DNA of 64,000 nt. Source: a virus. The notes beneath the pieces were generated by a model. The model worked only from the letters and a program-made list of their open reading frames with translations, was not told the origin of the DNA and made no database searches. The translations under genes were made by a program, and so were the position numbers. The stretch spans positions 1 through 64,000 of IMG/VR virus record IMGVR_UViG_3300037504_001229. The stretch is one strand, 5' to 3'. Below are positions 1 through 10,128 of the stretch, in pieces (the stretch's first letter is position 1; every line of letters begins with the position of its first letter).

Positions 1-109
1 TACATTTAAGTTTTTTCCCATCCTTTTCTTCGATCTCTAATCCTTCAGTTAAAGGAAGTTTTTTAACTGTTTCTTTAGATATTGTAAATTTTTCTTGTAA
101 TCTTTGCAT
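1..109 (-). CDS. 5' part of a gene running off the window (possibly head assembly, e.g. prohead core/protease)
   Basis: ATG at 109 preceded by AGGAGAAATT, the same leader as ORF 447; open frame MQRLQEKFTISKETVKKLPLTEGLEIEEKDGKKLKC to the window edge. Function guessed only from position downstream of the portal. Confidence 0.45.
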   Translation of the reverse strand, partial: MQRLQEKFTISKETVKKLPLTEGLEIEEKDGKKLKC

Positions 110-117
110 AATTTCTC

Positions 118-447
118 CTATCTACTTTCAAAAATTCTACCTATTCTAGAAGCTATAGTGCCATAAAAGGAATTATCCCAACCAAAATCTTGATTTAATT
201 CCTCCAATGCTTTCATTATAGAGCCTCCAATCATTCTCGATGTTTCCCATCCGTTTTTCCATGCGTCTGTAACAGTATTTGGATCTGGAATTACATTTTT
301 AATTAAGTCTACTATCTGAGGATTAGCAAATTTTTGATATTCAGGGTGATAATTATAATTACTCTCTACTATTTCGATTTTATCCCCCCTCTCTAATATA
401 ATATTATCAATTTTTACTTCTTCCTTAATTATAATAACCTTTTTCAT
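118..447 (-). CDS. hypothetical protein, probably late/head-associated
   Basis: 109 aa, AGGAG RBS, TACTAATATA motif upstream, directly after the portal. Confidence 0.6.
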   Translation of the reverse strand: MKKVIIIKEEVKIDNIILERGDKIEIVESNYNYHPEYQKFANPQIVDLIKNVIPDPNTVTDAWKNGWETSRMIGGSIMKALEELNQDFGWDNSFYGTIASRIGRIFESR

Positions 448-470
448 AATTTCTCCTTCTTACATTAAAA

Positions 471-480
471 TATATTAGTA
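471..480 (-). promoter_or_regulatory. putative late promoter TACTAATATA
   Basis: Same 10-mer is intergenic upstream of the portal, ORF 23777 and neuB. Confidence 0.55.
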
Positions 481-497
481 TGTATATATTATTAAAG

Positions 498-2294
498 TTA
501 TTCCTTTAGCCTTTTTCCTTGTTTTTCATTCCTCATTAACTCTAACATTAGCTTTTCCTGGTCATCCATAATCGATGCATTATAGTAATGTTTACCCGCC
601 ATTGAGTGTTCAAGTAAATTATTACTTCTTTTAGCATTAAAATAGCATTCATATAAAGTACTAGGTTTTAGTCTTTCTTTTAACTTATTTCTTGTTCTTT
701 CATAGTTATCAAACATAAACCCTGATCCTTCTCCATCTTGTGGTTCCTCAGGTTCTTGTTCTCTTGTTTTCATAATATCATCGATCCATTCATCTACATC
801 GTCTCTATCCATAAAAGAAAATTTTCCAAGAATATCTTTAACGATATCAGGAGGTAATGCTTCTCCCCTTTCTAATCCAACTGCATCCCCGATATTATCA
901 AGAATATCTTTTGCAAGTCTTAATGTATCGTTTTTAATACGTAATCTATCACTACTTTCTTCTATTTCAGGAAAAGGCATAGTTAATTCAAAATCAGTAT
1001 CATAATCATATTCTTCACTAATAACAAACTGCATTCTTATAAGTTGAGTAAGTTGTTTTAAAATAGTACTTTGAACTTTATATACAGCTCTAGCAAAAGG
1101 TTTATGTTGACGTAATAAAGCTTGTCCACTTGTCCCGAAACTAGACCTATCTACTATTAAATATCCTTTTGGAATATCTGTTGCCATTATAAGTTCATCT
1201 CTAAGAAGTTCAATATCAGCTATATCATCTAAGTTTAGCCTTGGCTCTTTTATATCTAAGTTTATAAGTCCTTCTGGAGTCCATATTTCAGAATTTATAG
1301 CAAACTGTTCTTTTTCTGTTAAACTTGCTCCTAAATTTGCCCATTCTTCCCTTGCTTCATTAACAGCTTCCCATTGATCTGATTGATCCATATTTTCATC
1401 TACTGCAACTTCAAAATGTTTGATAGGAAAATTTTGAGCTCTTGCCATTGCCATAAGATTTTTTCCTGCTTGAAGCTGTCTAAAAGGAGCTAAAGCATTT
1501 ATCATTAAAGGTCTTCCAAAAGGAAAAAATTCAGATACTGTAGTAAACATTCTAAAATGACTTACATTCCAAGGAGCAAGATACATTTTTTGCCCTAACC
1601 AAAATCCAAATAAATAGTTTCTAAAATATTGAGAATAGTCTTGATCTTTTGCAGAATCATCTAATATTTTTGCTATAGCTCTTAATTTACTATCTTTTTG
1701 AATATAACTAGAAAAATTTTGATATTGTTGTTTTCTTTTATTAACTTGTGAGGCATTAAACTCTATTCGGTCTTTAACATCTTTTACTTCTATAGGAGTA
1801 ATATCTGCTATAGTTTTTTCTTTAGAATCTATAGAGTTTACCCAAAATGAATCACCAAAAAGTACTATATTAAAGGCAGTTTCATGAAGAATATCGGCAG
1901 TTACTCCTATTTTATTAAGAAAATCATATATATAGTTTTGAACTGGTTTCTTTGCTTCTACTCCAATAATCTGATTATTTACATCACTTTGAACTGTTTC
2001 GTCTGCATATAGATTAACTGCTTTTGAAAAAATAGCATTGTTATAATAAGCATAAAGTAAGGAGGAATATCTATCCATCCTATTTTTAAGAGTTTCTGAG
2101 TTTTCAAATGTATCTCTTAAAAAGAAGTTATAAAGCTCTTGTATTTCATCTGGAAATTTGACAGGTTTTAGTTTATTAGTTTTTGGATCTACATATCCTG
2201 GATGAACCGTTGGCTCATTACTTACTTGACTACTTTTTACATCAGATATTTTAAATATTCGTTTGAGATCGTTAATAAATTTATTTGAAGCCAC
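498..2294 (-). CDS. portal protein, T4 gp20-like
   Basis: 598 aa; HFR..FPFGRPL..A..PFRQL and LDDIADIELLRDELIMATDIPKGYL segments resemble gp20-family portals. Confidence 0.8.
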   Translation of the reverse strand: MASNKFINDLKRIFKISDVKSSQVSNEPTVHPGYVDPKTNKLKPVKFPDEIQELYNFFLRDTFENSETLKNRMDRYSSLLYAYYNNAIFSKAVNLYADETVQSDVNNQIIGVEAKKPVQNYIYDFLNKIGVTADILHETAFNIVLFGDSFWVNSIDSKEKTIADITPIEVKDVKDRIEFNASQVNKRKQQYQNFSSYIQKDSKLRAIAKILDDSAKDQDYSQYFRNYLFGFWLGQKMYLAPWNVSHFRMFTTVSEFFPFGRPLMINALAPFRQLQAGKNLMAMARAQNFPIKHFEVAVDENMDQSDQWEAVNEAREEWANLGASLTEKEQFAINSEIWTPEGLINLDIKEPRLNLDDIADIELLRDELIMATDIPKGYLIVDRSSFGTSGQALLRQHKPFARAVYKVQSTILKQLTQLIRMQFVISEEYDYDTDFELTMPFPEIEESSDRLRIKNDTLRLAKDILDNIGDAVGLERGEALPPDIVKDILGKFSFMDRDDVDEWIDDIMKTREQEPEEPQDGEGSGFMFDNYERTRNKLKERLKPSTLYECYFNAKRSNNLLEHSMAGKHYYNASIMDDQEKLMLELMRNEKQGKRLKE

Positions 2295-2302
2295 TATATA
2301 TA

Positions 2303-2344
2303 TTCCTCTAATATAAGTATTAAACTACATTATATTAGTAGGAA
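2303..2344 (-). promoter_or_regulatory. putative late promoter (2331-2340) inside a hairpin that occludes the portal RBS
   Basis: On the minus strand TTCCTACTAATATAA pairs with TTATATTAGAGGAA (14 bp, one bulge); the 3' arm holds AGAGGA upstream of the GTG start. Confidence 0.65.
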
Positions 2345-2366
2345 ATATAGATGAAAATATTATAGA

Positions 2367-2639
2367 TTACCAAAAATGTTTGCGTCTTGAAGGGCTTTTT
2401 GAAAAATCAAAATCATTATCTGTACTCCCCCAATCCATAGGAATATGAGTAGAAGTATTACCAAATACTCTTTTCATAGAGTTGGGTCTATTACAAAAAG
2501 GACAATCGTATCTATCTGGTCGATCATCCTTCATTGAAAAATAGATATCTTCTTCCCTTTCACAGTTTTCACATTCATAAGTATATGGAGTAGGTCTTTC
2601 TTCTGTTTGATTTCTATACTTTGAATCTAGTTTGGACAT
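2367..2639 (-). CDS. FmdB-like zinc-ribbon protein
   Basis: PYTYECENC...CPFC...MKRVF pattern. Confidence 0.7.
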   Translation of the reverse strand: MSKLDSKYRNQTEERPTPYTYECENCEREEDIYFSMKDDRPDRYDCPFCNRPNSMKRVFGNTSTHIPMDWGSTDNDFDFSKSPSRRKHFW

Positions 2640-2641
2640 TT

Positions 2642-3589
2642 TTACATTACACTCCTTAGTTTTTCCTCTACGCCTTTTTTAACTTTCTTGTCTTCTATAA
2701 ATTTAGTAATAAAATCATTCCTATCAAATTTTCTTACTGTATTTTCACCAGAATCATCTTTCTGTTCACTTTCTAATGAAATGTACCTTATGTAGTAATC
2801 TCCATATTTTTGGTATACTTTTTCTTTATTAGGGGCATCTGTAATATCAAGTTTAAAATAAGGTATTTCTATATCTATTTCATCACCAAACTTAATAGTA
2901 TAAAAGTCAAAAAATTTAGGAATATCAATAAGCTCTTCTTCTTTAGTTTCTATGTCTATAACATTTAGTTGACAGTTAATACCTTTTTCGTCATATCGAG
3001 TTATAGTATCTACTCCTACATATTCTCCATCAGGAATATGAACATGACCCATTCTAATGTTTTTTGTATTTAGATAGGAAATATCTATTTTATGTCCAAA
3101 GAATTCTTTATGACAAAAATGACCTATAATATAATCAAACTCTTTATTTTTATATTCAGTTAGATCTTCGTACCATTCCTTCATAGTGAGATCATTGAAA
3201 AATTTACCTGGAACCCAAGGAAGGAATAGTATTTTCAGATTACCTATATTATACACTTCTGGTTGCTTTACTAAAGTTACATTCTTATGAGTATTAAGAG
3301 GATCAATAGCCCAGTTAACTTTAGATCTATTAAATTCATGTATGCCATTTCCTGATAGGATATAAATATCCTTCATATGTTTTAGTCTATCAAGAAACTT
3401 ATGTATCATTTCATATTCTTTCGGAGTTGGTTCATTACTATGAAAGAAGTCTCCTACAAATATGGCTATGTTAGACCCGTTGTTAAGATCATGCATAGTC
3501 ACCCATTGAAAATAATCTTTTTTAACTTGGAAAAAAGGTTCTTCGTGAGTTACATGTTGATCACCGAAAAGTATTAATTTATTTTGCAT
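2642..3589 (-). CDS. sbcD: SbcD/Mre11 (T4 gp47-like) nuclease
   Basis: Metallophosphoesterase motifs GDQH, GDFFH, GNGIHE, GH, GHVH; SbcC partner nearby. Confidence 0.8.
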   Translation of the reverse strand: MQNKLILFGDQHVTHEEPFFQVKKDYFQWVTMHDLNNGSNIAIFVGDFFHSNEPTPKEYEMIHKFLDRLKHMKDIYILSGNGIHEFNRSKVNWAIDPLNTHKNVTLVKQPEVYNIGNLKILFLPWVPGKFFNDLTMKEWYEDLTEYKNKEFDYIIGHFCHKEFFGHKIDISYLNTKNIRMGHVHIPDGEYVGVDTITRYDEKGINCQLNVIDIETKEEELIDIPKFFDFYTIKFGDEIDIEIPYFKLDITDAPNKEKVYQKYGDYYIRYISLESEQKDDSGENTVRKFDRNDFITKFIEDKKVKKGVEEKLRSVM

Positions 3590-3590
3590 T

Positions 3591-3803
3591 TTATTCTCCT
3601 ATTATCTTTTTTGTCATTTCTTTAGCTCCGCCGCTTGCAAGAATCCAATTTTTTAATGCTATTTTCGGATTAAAATTTTCTCCCACTATAGAATCCTCTA
3701 GTTTTTTATGATGATATTCACATAAGTTAGCCCATTCATTACCATTTTTATCTAATTGAGGGTTACTAGCTTTATCATTACAATCTTTCCATGTACAAAT
3801 CAT
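3591..3803 (-). CDS. hypothetical protein (Cys/His, possible zinc finger)
   Basis: 70 aa, AAGGA RBS, CxxxxC...CxxH. Confidence 0.55.
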   Translation of the reverse strand: MICTWKDCNDKASNPQLDKNGNEWANLCEYHHKKLEDSIVGENFNPKIALKNWILASGGAKEMTKKIIGE

Positions 3804-3821
3804 TTTTTATAATATCCTTTT

Positions 3822-4121
3822 TTACTTAGGAGGATTTTGGGACGACGGTCTAGGTCCTCCATTATCTTTAGAATTATCTCCTTTAGATATATTTTTTACC
3901 CTATATTCCTCTATAACAATTTTCCCTTCTTTAACAAGTATAAGTTCATTTTCATCAAACCATAACCATTCTTGAGGAATTTCTTTTTCCTTATCAAGTT
4001 TTTGACTTTGTAGAGCATATCTATTACACCCAGTTAAATATTCTGCTCTACATCTTACAATACCCTTATACCCTGTAATAAAATCCTTTAGTTCGTCACC
4101 TAAGTTAAACTTAAATATCAT
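3822..4121 (-). CDS. hypothetical phage protein
   Basis: 99 aa, GGAGG RBS; ITGYKG..EYLTGC..WFDE resembles small conserved phage proteins. Confidence 0.6.
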   Translation of the reverse strand: MIFKFNLGDELKDFITGYKGIVRCRAEYLTGCNRYALQSQKLDKEKEIPQEWLWFDENELILVKEGKIVIEEYRVKNISKGDNSKDNGGPRPSSQNPPK

Positions 4122-4216
4122 TTATTTTCCTCCCTATCCTTATAAATAAATATATACTAATTCCGAAAAAACTTAAATACCCTACGAAGTTTAAAATATA
4201 AAATAACCACAACATA

Positions 4217-5116
4217 CTAAAAATCTACTCCTGAATAGTCTTTATTTACATCAAGAACTGTCAATCCCATTTTTTTCCATTCGCGGATTACTTGAGGACG
4301 ATCATCTATTACATATAAAACATTGTACCTATCTTTTATAAATTCTTCGTACATTTCTTTTTTTACAATATAGTCTTTCCTATGATCACCATTTTTACGG
4401 AGATGTAGTTCAAACGGAATATTTTGAAACCCACTTTCATTTAACCAGTCATATGTAATATCAAGTACAGTTTTACTAGAATTTGATTCCTTTATGTTTT
4501 CCCTTCCTGAAAATATTATAAGTTTAGTATTATCGTCTATTAATTTTTTAACTAAGCTAAAAATTTCTTTTCTTGGAGCATCCAAATAAGCCTTTAATCC
4601 CTCATAAGGACTTCTACCAAGATGTTTAATGGCTAAAGTTCCATCAACATCACATATAATACAATCGAGTAAACTTTCATTATAAGGGATAGGTTCAGGC
4701 ATTTTGTGAACATATTTCCAATACATTCCTTCAATAACTTTCCTTCCTACACTTTTATCGCCTCTTTTAAGATCCCTTTCTATACATTCTTGAACAGGAA
4801 CTTCCAAGAAATCATCTATTACTTCGAAAGATATATTATAATGTTCAGCTATATTTCTAAAAGTTACATGATGTATAGGGTTAAAGTTTGTGTCATCAAT
4901 AACTACTGAGTATCCTTCGTCTAAATACATAGTAATAAGTTGATCTCTAACTCTTACTATTATTTTTTCATTTTGTTTAGACCACTTTGAAAAATCTATC
5001 ATAGCTCTAAGATCATCTTTATTTATTCTTTTAAACCCTTGATCTTCTATTAACTTTTTTGCAAAAGTTGTTTTACCCGACGCAGGAAGTCCTTTTAGCA
5101 TTATTAGTTTAGGCAT
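4217..5116 (-). CDS. pseT: polynucleotide 5'-kinase/3'-phosphatase (T4 PseT-like)
   Basis: N-terminal P-loop GLPASGKTT plus DDLR; C-terminal HAD DVDGT, SGR, DDRPQV. Confidence 0.92.
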   Translation of the reverse strand: MPKLIMLKGLPASGKTTFAKKLIEDQGFKRINKDDLRAMIDFSKWSKQNEKIIVRVRDQLITMYLDEGYSVVIDDTNFNPIHHVTFRNIAEHYNISFEVIDDFLEVPVQECIERDLKRGDKSVGRKVIEGMYWKYVHKMPEPIPYNESLLDCIICDVDGTLAIKHLGRSPYEGLKAYLDAPRKEIFSLVKKLIDDNTKLIIFSGRENIKESNSSKTVLDITYDWLNESGFQNIPFELHLRKNGDHRKDYIVKKEMYEEFIKDRYNVLYVIDDRPQVIREWKKMGLTVLDVNKDYSGVDF

Positions 5117-5447
5117 CAGTTATCTCCTTAATATAAAGGACATCTTCGTACAATCCATTTAAGGCTTCTAAATATTTTTCTTTACTACTTTTAAATAATT
5201 CACTTAAATAACAAACATAACTGTCCGGTAGGTTTCCAGAAAAATAAAAAGTAGATATCGTCTTCTCCAAAGTATACTTTTTACTTGATATGGTTATCTC
5301 TGTAATTTTATCATTTCTTATTTCTCCATATACTATATGTTTATGTTTGGAGCCTCCTTCTTTCTCACTTAAATCATGTTCATAATAGTAAGGAGTCTCT
5401 AATTGTTCTACACTTTCTGTTATTTTCTTATTCACATAGTTAATCAT
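5109..5447 (-). CDS. hypothetical protein
   Basis: 112 aa, AGGAG RBS, overlaps pseT start. Confidence 0.6.
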   Translation of the reverse strand: MINYVNKKITESVEQLETPYYYEHDLSEKEGGSKHKHIVYGEIRNDKITEITISSKKYTLEKTISTFYFSGNLPDSYVCYLSELFKSSKEKYLEALNGLYEDVLYIKEITDA

Positions 5448-5457
5448 TTTTTAACTC

Positions 5458-5799
5458 CTATCTTATAATAAATAAACCTGCAAAAATATCAAATTTTCCA
5501 ATAGTTTTAATATTATTTTCATCTAAATGATTTAAAAAATGATTTATTTTATCTACTGTTTTTTCTATTTCCGTAAAAATATCAGGAATATAAGCGAAAT
5601 ATCTGACAGGGGTGGTTATACCTGAATCCTCCATAAAAAATGTATGCTTTTCATACGGGCTTAATCTATAATCTATCTCCTCCATGATAGATGGCCAATT
5701 TTCAGGAGATACATCTTTTTCTTTAAGAGGATAAAAAGGTAAAATTTCTATTCCTGCTCCATAACCAATTTCCATTTCAAAATCAATACTATTTAACAT
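5458..5799 (-). CDS. hypothetical protein
   Basis: 113 aa, AGGAG RBS. Confidence 0.6.
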   Translation of the reverse strand: MLNSIDFEMEIGYGAGIEILPFYPLKEKDVSPENWPSIMEEIDYRLSPYEKHTFFMEDSGITTPVRYFAYIPDIFTEIEKTVDKINHFLNHLDENNIKTIGKFDIFAGLFIIR

Positions 5800-5808
5800 A
5801 ATCTACTC

Positions 5809-7917
5809 CTATATATCATCAGTATATACTTTTCCGTTATTAACTGTAAAGACCTTTGCTCCAAAGTCTGCTTCTAAAAGTTCTTTTATTAGCTTTTTAT
5901 GAGTAATAACAAATATTTGTTCAAGTTCGTCTTTTTCTAGTTTGTTATTAAGATGATTGAAAGTTTCTTTTGCAATATTATCGTCTGCAAAATTCATGCT
6001 TTCATCAAGGAACAATATTTGAAGTCCAGATAAATAAGAAAAAGCATTTTTAAATCCTAAGTTAAATAAGTTTTGTTCTGCTCCAGAAGAAAGAGCTATA
6101 TCTTTTTGTTTACTTCCATATAGTATTCTTAATCCTGTTTTTGTTTCTTGCATTTCTACACTATACCTTCCGCCATATGCCTCATTAAGAAGATCATTCA
6201 TTCCATATTTTAAATCCTCTAAAAGAAAGGAAATGATATATTTAGGAAGTTCTTTTTTATAAATACTTATAGCTTCGTCATATTCATTAACTTGTTTAAT
6301 CTCTTTATTAATAGTATCCTCTACTATTTTTAGGTTTTCTTGATCCTCTTCTTTTTGTCTTTCTAGTGCCTTATTATTTTCTTCGATAAGTTTATTTTCA
6401 GCAACTATTGTATCATATTCCTTTAGTTTTTTCTCTATTCCCTCTTTTTCTTTTTCTAAACTATCTATATCTACATCAGGCATGTTTTCTAGTTGTTTAT
6501 TTTTTTCTTGTAGATCTTTTTCGATTTCTTCTATTTTATTATCTAAGGTTTCTTTTTGCTCATTATAATCATAAAAGAAATTTTCAAGGCTCTTCTTTTC
6601 TTTATATAGGGAATCTTTTTTATTTTTAATAGACTCTATCTGTACTTTTAAACTTGTTATTTTTTGTTCATTGATATTTTTCTTAGACTCTATTTCCTTT
6701 AAAATAGCTTCTCTTCGATTTTTAATCTCCTCTTGTTTTTCCTTTTCCTTTTCGTATTTAGATTTCTCTTGTTCCAAAAAATCTATTTCTTCGTCTACTT
6801 TTTCTAGTAGTTCAGATTTTTCATTTATTTCGTTTTCAACTTCCTCTTTTTCATCACTTTCAAATTCATGTCCACAAGTAGGACATTTACCCTGATTAAT
6901 AAGATATAGTTTTTCTTCTAGTGTTTTTATATTAGATTGTAAATCCCATGATTCTTTCTTTTTAGTTTCTAAAGCAGACTCATCAAACTTAGGAACTCTT
7001 TTAGGTACTAGAAAATCATATTCTTCTTGTAAGTCTTCTACTGAAGCATCATTTTGGACAACTTCTAGTTCTTTCTTTTTTTGTTCTAGAAGTTCTTCTG
7101 TATTAAGTTTTTCTAGTTCTATTTTATTAGAATCTATAGACTCAGAAATATCCTCTATTTTATTCAATAAAGAGTCTTTATCTTTAACTAAACTTTCTTT
7201 TGTTCTATTTAGTTTTTCCAATTCAAGTTTTAAGTCTTTGTAATCGTCTATTGATTGTTTGCCTATTACTATTTTATTTTCAATTTCCTTAAGTTCAACC
7301 TGATAATCTTTATACTGGTATCCATCAAAAGGAAGTATTTTATGAGAAGTAAAGTTATATTCTCTGTTTTCTAAACTATACTTTTCTTTTTCTAGTTGAT
7401 CGATTTTATTTTGTATTTGAGACTTTTCGTCTTCTAAAGATTTTATTTCTGTTGTAAAAGAAAGGTCATATATCTTTTTAAGAATATCCCTTCGTTCAGC
7501 ATCTTTAGCAGTAACAATATCCATTTGTCCTTGAAAAGATAGAATAGAAGCTGAGCAAAGTGTAGGATCAAAATAGTTTGCAAGAGCTTTGGTAACCTCA
7601 GAATTCATATTATAAATATCACTACCTATTTTACATTCTTTACTCACTCCGTTCTTTCTTGAAAATGTTGCTTGAATATCGAATGTGATATTTTGATATA
7701 GGGCTTCTAAAGATACAAGAAAGTTATTACTATCCCAGTTACAATCATCCTCTACTTTACCGAATGTTTTATTTAAAAGGAGATACGCTATTGCTCTTAT
7801 AATATGAGACTTACCATTTCCATTGGCACCAGAAATTAAATTCCACCCTTTCTGAAATTCCATTTCTGCTTCTTTAATAGCTCCATAGTTTTTAAGATAA
7901 ACATTTTTAAGTATCAT
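5809..7917 (-). CDS. sbcC: SbcC/Rad50 (T4 gp46-like) ATPase
   Basis: Walker A GANGNGKS, coiled coils, zinc hook CPTCG, signature LSSGAEQ, Walker B LFLDE, H-loop ITH. Confidence 0.92.
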   Translation of the reverse strand: MILKNVYLKNYGAIKEAEMEFQKGWNLISGANGNGKSHIIRAIAYLLLNKTFGKVEDDCNWDSNNFLVSLEALYQNITFDIQATFSRKNGVSKECKIGSDIYNMNSEVTKALANYFDPTLCSASILSFQGQMDIVTAKDAERRDILKKIYDLSFTTEIKSLEDEKSQIQNKIDQLEKEKYSLENREYNFTSHKILPFDGYQYKDYQVELKEIENKIVIGKQSIDDYKDLKLELEKLNRTKESLVKDKDSLLNKIEDISESIDSNKIELEKLNTEELLEQKKKELEVVQNDASVEDLQEEYDFLVPKRVPKFDESALETKKKESWDLQSNIKTLEEKLYLINQGKCPTCGHEFESDEKEEVENEINEKSELLEKVDEEIDFLEQEKSKYEKEKEKQEEIKNRREAILKEIESKKNINEQKITSLKVQIESIKNKKDSLYKEKKSLENFFYDYNEQKETLDNKIEEIEKDLQEKNKQLENMPDVDIDSLEKEKEGIEKKLKEYDTIVAENKLIEENNKALERQKEEDQENLKIVEDTINKEIKQVNEYDEAISIYKKELPKYIISFLLEDLKYGMNDLLNEAYGGRYSVEMQETKTGLRILYGSKQKDIALSSGAEQNLFNLGFKNAFSYLSGLQILFLDESMNFADDNIAKETFNHLNNKLEKDELEQIFVITHKKLIKELLEADFGAKVFTVNNGKVYTDDI

Positions 7918-8324
7918 CTAACCTCCTTATTTTCACTAGTAATAGATATCATATAATCTTTTATTTTGTTACACAAACTGGGGTCATCTATATCAGCAAC
8001 TTCCTCATTTATATAATTTTTTCTCTTAATCCACAATTCCTTCCCTTCTGGAGCAGGCTTCCAAGGATATTTTTTAAATCTAGAATATTTAATTTTTACG
8101 CCGTTTATTTTTGTTTTAAATTCTTCCCAAATTCTAAATCCAAGTTCAACTGCGGGTATATGTTGTTTATACTTAACTCCTACGGTTGTTTCATCGAAGT
8201 ACACGTCAGATATTTCTAAAATTTCCTCTCTCCATGTAATGTCCTTTTTTGGTTTAGAAGTATCAAACTTTCCGTAGTTTTCAAACTCATTTTTACCATA
8301 ATAATCTAAATCACTCACTCCCAT
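7914..8324 (-). CDS. hypothetical protein
   Basis: 136 aa, overlaps both neighbours. Confidence 0.55.
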   Translation of the reverse strand: MGVSDLDYYGKNEFENYGKFDTSKPKKDITWREEILEISDVYFDETTVGVKYKQHIPAVELGFRIWEEFKTKINGVKIKYSRFKKYPWKPAPEGKELWIKRKNYINEEVADIDDPSLCNKIKDYMISITSENKEVR

Positions 8325-8830
8325 CCCCCAATAAAGAAAGTAAGTTCCTTCATTTTCCTTAGTTGTACAAAAAGTATAGGATCTGGATCTCTCACAACAT
8401 CAGCAACATAATAGTCTAGTTCAAAATCATTTACTAGTCCTGAGTCTTTAACTACATCCGAAGATTCAAATTTATGAATTCTATCAAGAATTTTACTAGG
8501 GATTTCTCCTTCATAATCTTCCAATTTTACAGGAGTTTCTATTCTCGTAATTTCCTGATTAAACTTAACTTCGAACTCATCTACTCTTACTTTAGAAATA
8601 GATATCTTTTTAAGTTTAGGAACATTATTAGTTATAGTATTTGCTACCTTGTCAGCAAGATATCCATTAATTTGCTTTGGAGCTCTCATAAATACTGTTT
8701 TAAAAGTATCTATATTAAAATTTGATTTTTCAAGTAGTTTACCTATACTATCTTTTAACTTGATAGATTCCTTCTCACCTTTTATAATAAAAGGACTTTT
8801 TTCCATTACTTGTAATTCTGTACCATTCAT
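8315..8830 (-). CDS. hypothetical protein
   Basis: 171 aa, GGAG RBS, C-terminal DPDPILFV...IGGW. Confidence 0.6.
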   Translation of the reverse strand: MNGTELQVMEKSPFIIKGEKESIKLKDSIGKLLEKSNFNIDTFKTVFMRAPKQINGYLADKVANTITNNVPKLKKISISKVRVDEFEVKFNQEITRIETPVKLEDYEGEIPSKILDRIHKFESSDVVKDSGLVNDFELDYYVADVVRDPDPILFVQLRKMKELTFFIGGWE

Positions 8831-8841
8831 TTTATATCTCC

Positions 8842-9837
8842 TTATAAATAATTTCTAAGTTCCTTAACTATTTCATTTGTTAATTGCTTATTAATATATT
8901 TTTTATCTTCTTTACTAAATTCTTCTAATGAGTGCTCCTTATTATATTCATTATATACATCTTCTAGATAATATTTAATATATTCTCCAAGTTGATTTGG
9001 TTCATTTATTTCACCATGTTTAGAAAATAAATCTTTAGTTCTATTTTCGTTAACATATCCTACTATAGTATTAACTACATTTCTAACTTCTTCAGAAACT
9101 TTCTTTTTAGGTTTCTTATTTTTCTTTTGTACATCTTTAAATTTTTCGTTTTTATATTTAATAATAAATCTATCATGTCCAATATAATAATCTCTTGATG
9201 GGCGAATAACTACTCCCTCCATAAGATTATCTTCTTTATAATCAGGGGGAGTTAGAAGAGAATTTCTATTAATATTTATATTGTTTAATCTTTCTTCGAA
9301 AGTTTCTTCCTTATTAAGTTGAAAAGTTCCAACTAAAGGGACTCTAAAATCTAAAACATCACTCCATGAAAATCCAATATCGTCTATTAAACTTATTTCG
9401 TCGTCAAGAGAAAGAAGTACTTGATCTTTATATGTTGCAAACCATCTCCAATATTTTCCTTCCCCGTAATAAACTCTTTTTTGTATTCCTTTTCCGAAAA
9501 GTTCCCCTACAAGTTGAATAATACAGTTATTTTTAGAAACATAGTTATAAAGCAGACTTTTTATAAAAATAGAAAGGCTTTTATTATAGTTAGATGTTTC
9601 TTCATTAGGATAAAAAATAGTTTCATAATCGTAAAACTTACTGTCCTTGTTTAATATCCCGGATCTCTTAGCAAACTTAATTTCTTGATCTGAAGAAATA
9701 ATAATAGAAAAATTTGCACCGTCTATCTTCTCCGTTATATAGAATAGTTCATTATATAAATCTGGATAAGTAGAGAAAAATTTATTTATATATTTAGATC
9801 TATAATGGTTTTCTATATCTACCCATTTTTTAAACAT
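8842..9837 (-). CDS. RNA ligase 2 (Rnl2 family)
   Basis: Motif I TEKIDGANFS, GELFG, EGVVIRP, IIKYKNEKF, Rnl2-type C-terminal domain. Confidence 0.88.
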   Translation of the reverse strand: MFKKWVDIENHYRSKYINKFFSTYPDLYNELFYITEKIDGANFSIIISSDQEIKFAKRSGILNKDSKFYDYETIFYPNEETSNYNKSLSIFIKSLLYNYVSKNNCIIQLVGELFGKGIQKRVYYGEGKYWRWFATYKDQVLLSLDDEISLIDDIGFSWSDVLDFRVPLVGTFQLNKEETFEERLNNININRNSLLTPPDYKEDNLMEGVVIRPSRDYYIGHDRFIIKYKNEKFKDVQKKNKKPKKKVSEEVRNVVNTIVGYVNENRTKDLFSKHGEINEPNQLGEYIKYYLEDVYNEYNKEHSLEEFSKEDKKYINKQLTNEIVKELRNYL

Positions 9838-9849
9838 TTTTCCTCCTAG

Positions 9850-10074
9850 TTACTTTTCTATTACTTTTAAAATATTTTTCACTATCACTTCATATAACAA
9901 CTTTTCAACATTTTTTAATAAACTTTTATCTAAAATCATCTTATCGTCTACTATTGACCATGTAAAATCAGTTTTTTTGTTATCAATAAAAAAAACACCA
10001 TCTTTTAATCTAAAAAAATGATTTTCTAATCTTTTATCATTATTAAGTTTTTTTAAAACATCAACGTCTTTCAT
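9850..10074 (-). CDS. hypothetical protein
   Basis: 74 aa, GAGGT RBS, own promoter motif at 10094-10123. Confidence 0.6.
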   Translation of the reverse strand: MKDVDVLKKLNNDKRLENHFFRLKDGVFFIDNKKTDFTWSIVDDKMILDKSLLKNVEKLLYEVIVKNILKVIEK

Positions 10075-10093
10075 TTCTTACCTCTTCTTATTT

Positions 10094-10123
10094 ATTATAT
10101 ACTTTTTTCTAAGAAATATAAAG
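10094..10123 (-). promoter_or_regulatory. phage promoter CTTTAT-N15-GTATATAAT
   Basis: One of nine copies with identical spacing, each upstream of a gene start. Confidence 0.65.
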
Positions 10124-10128
10124 AAGAA

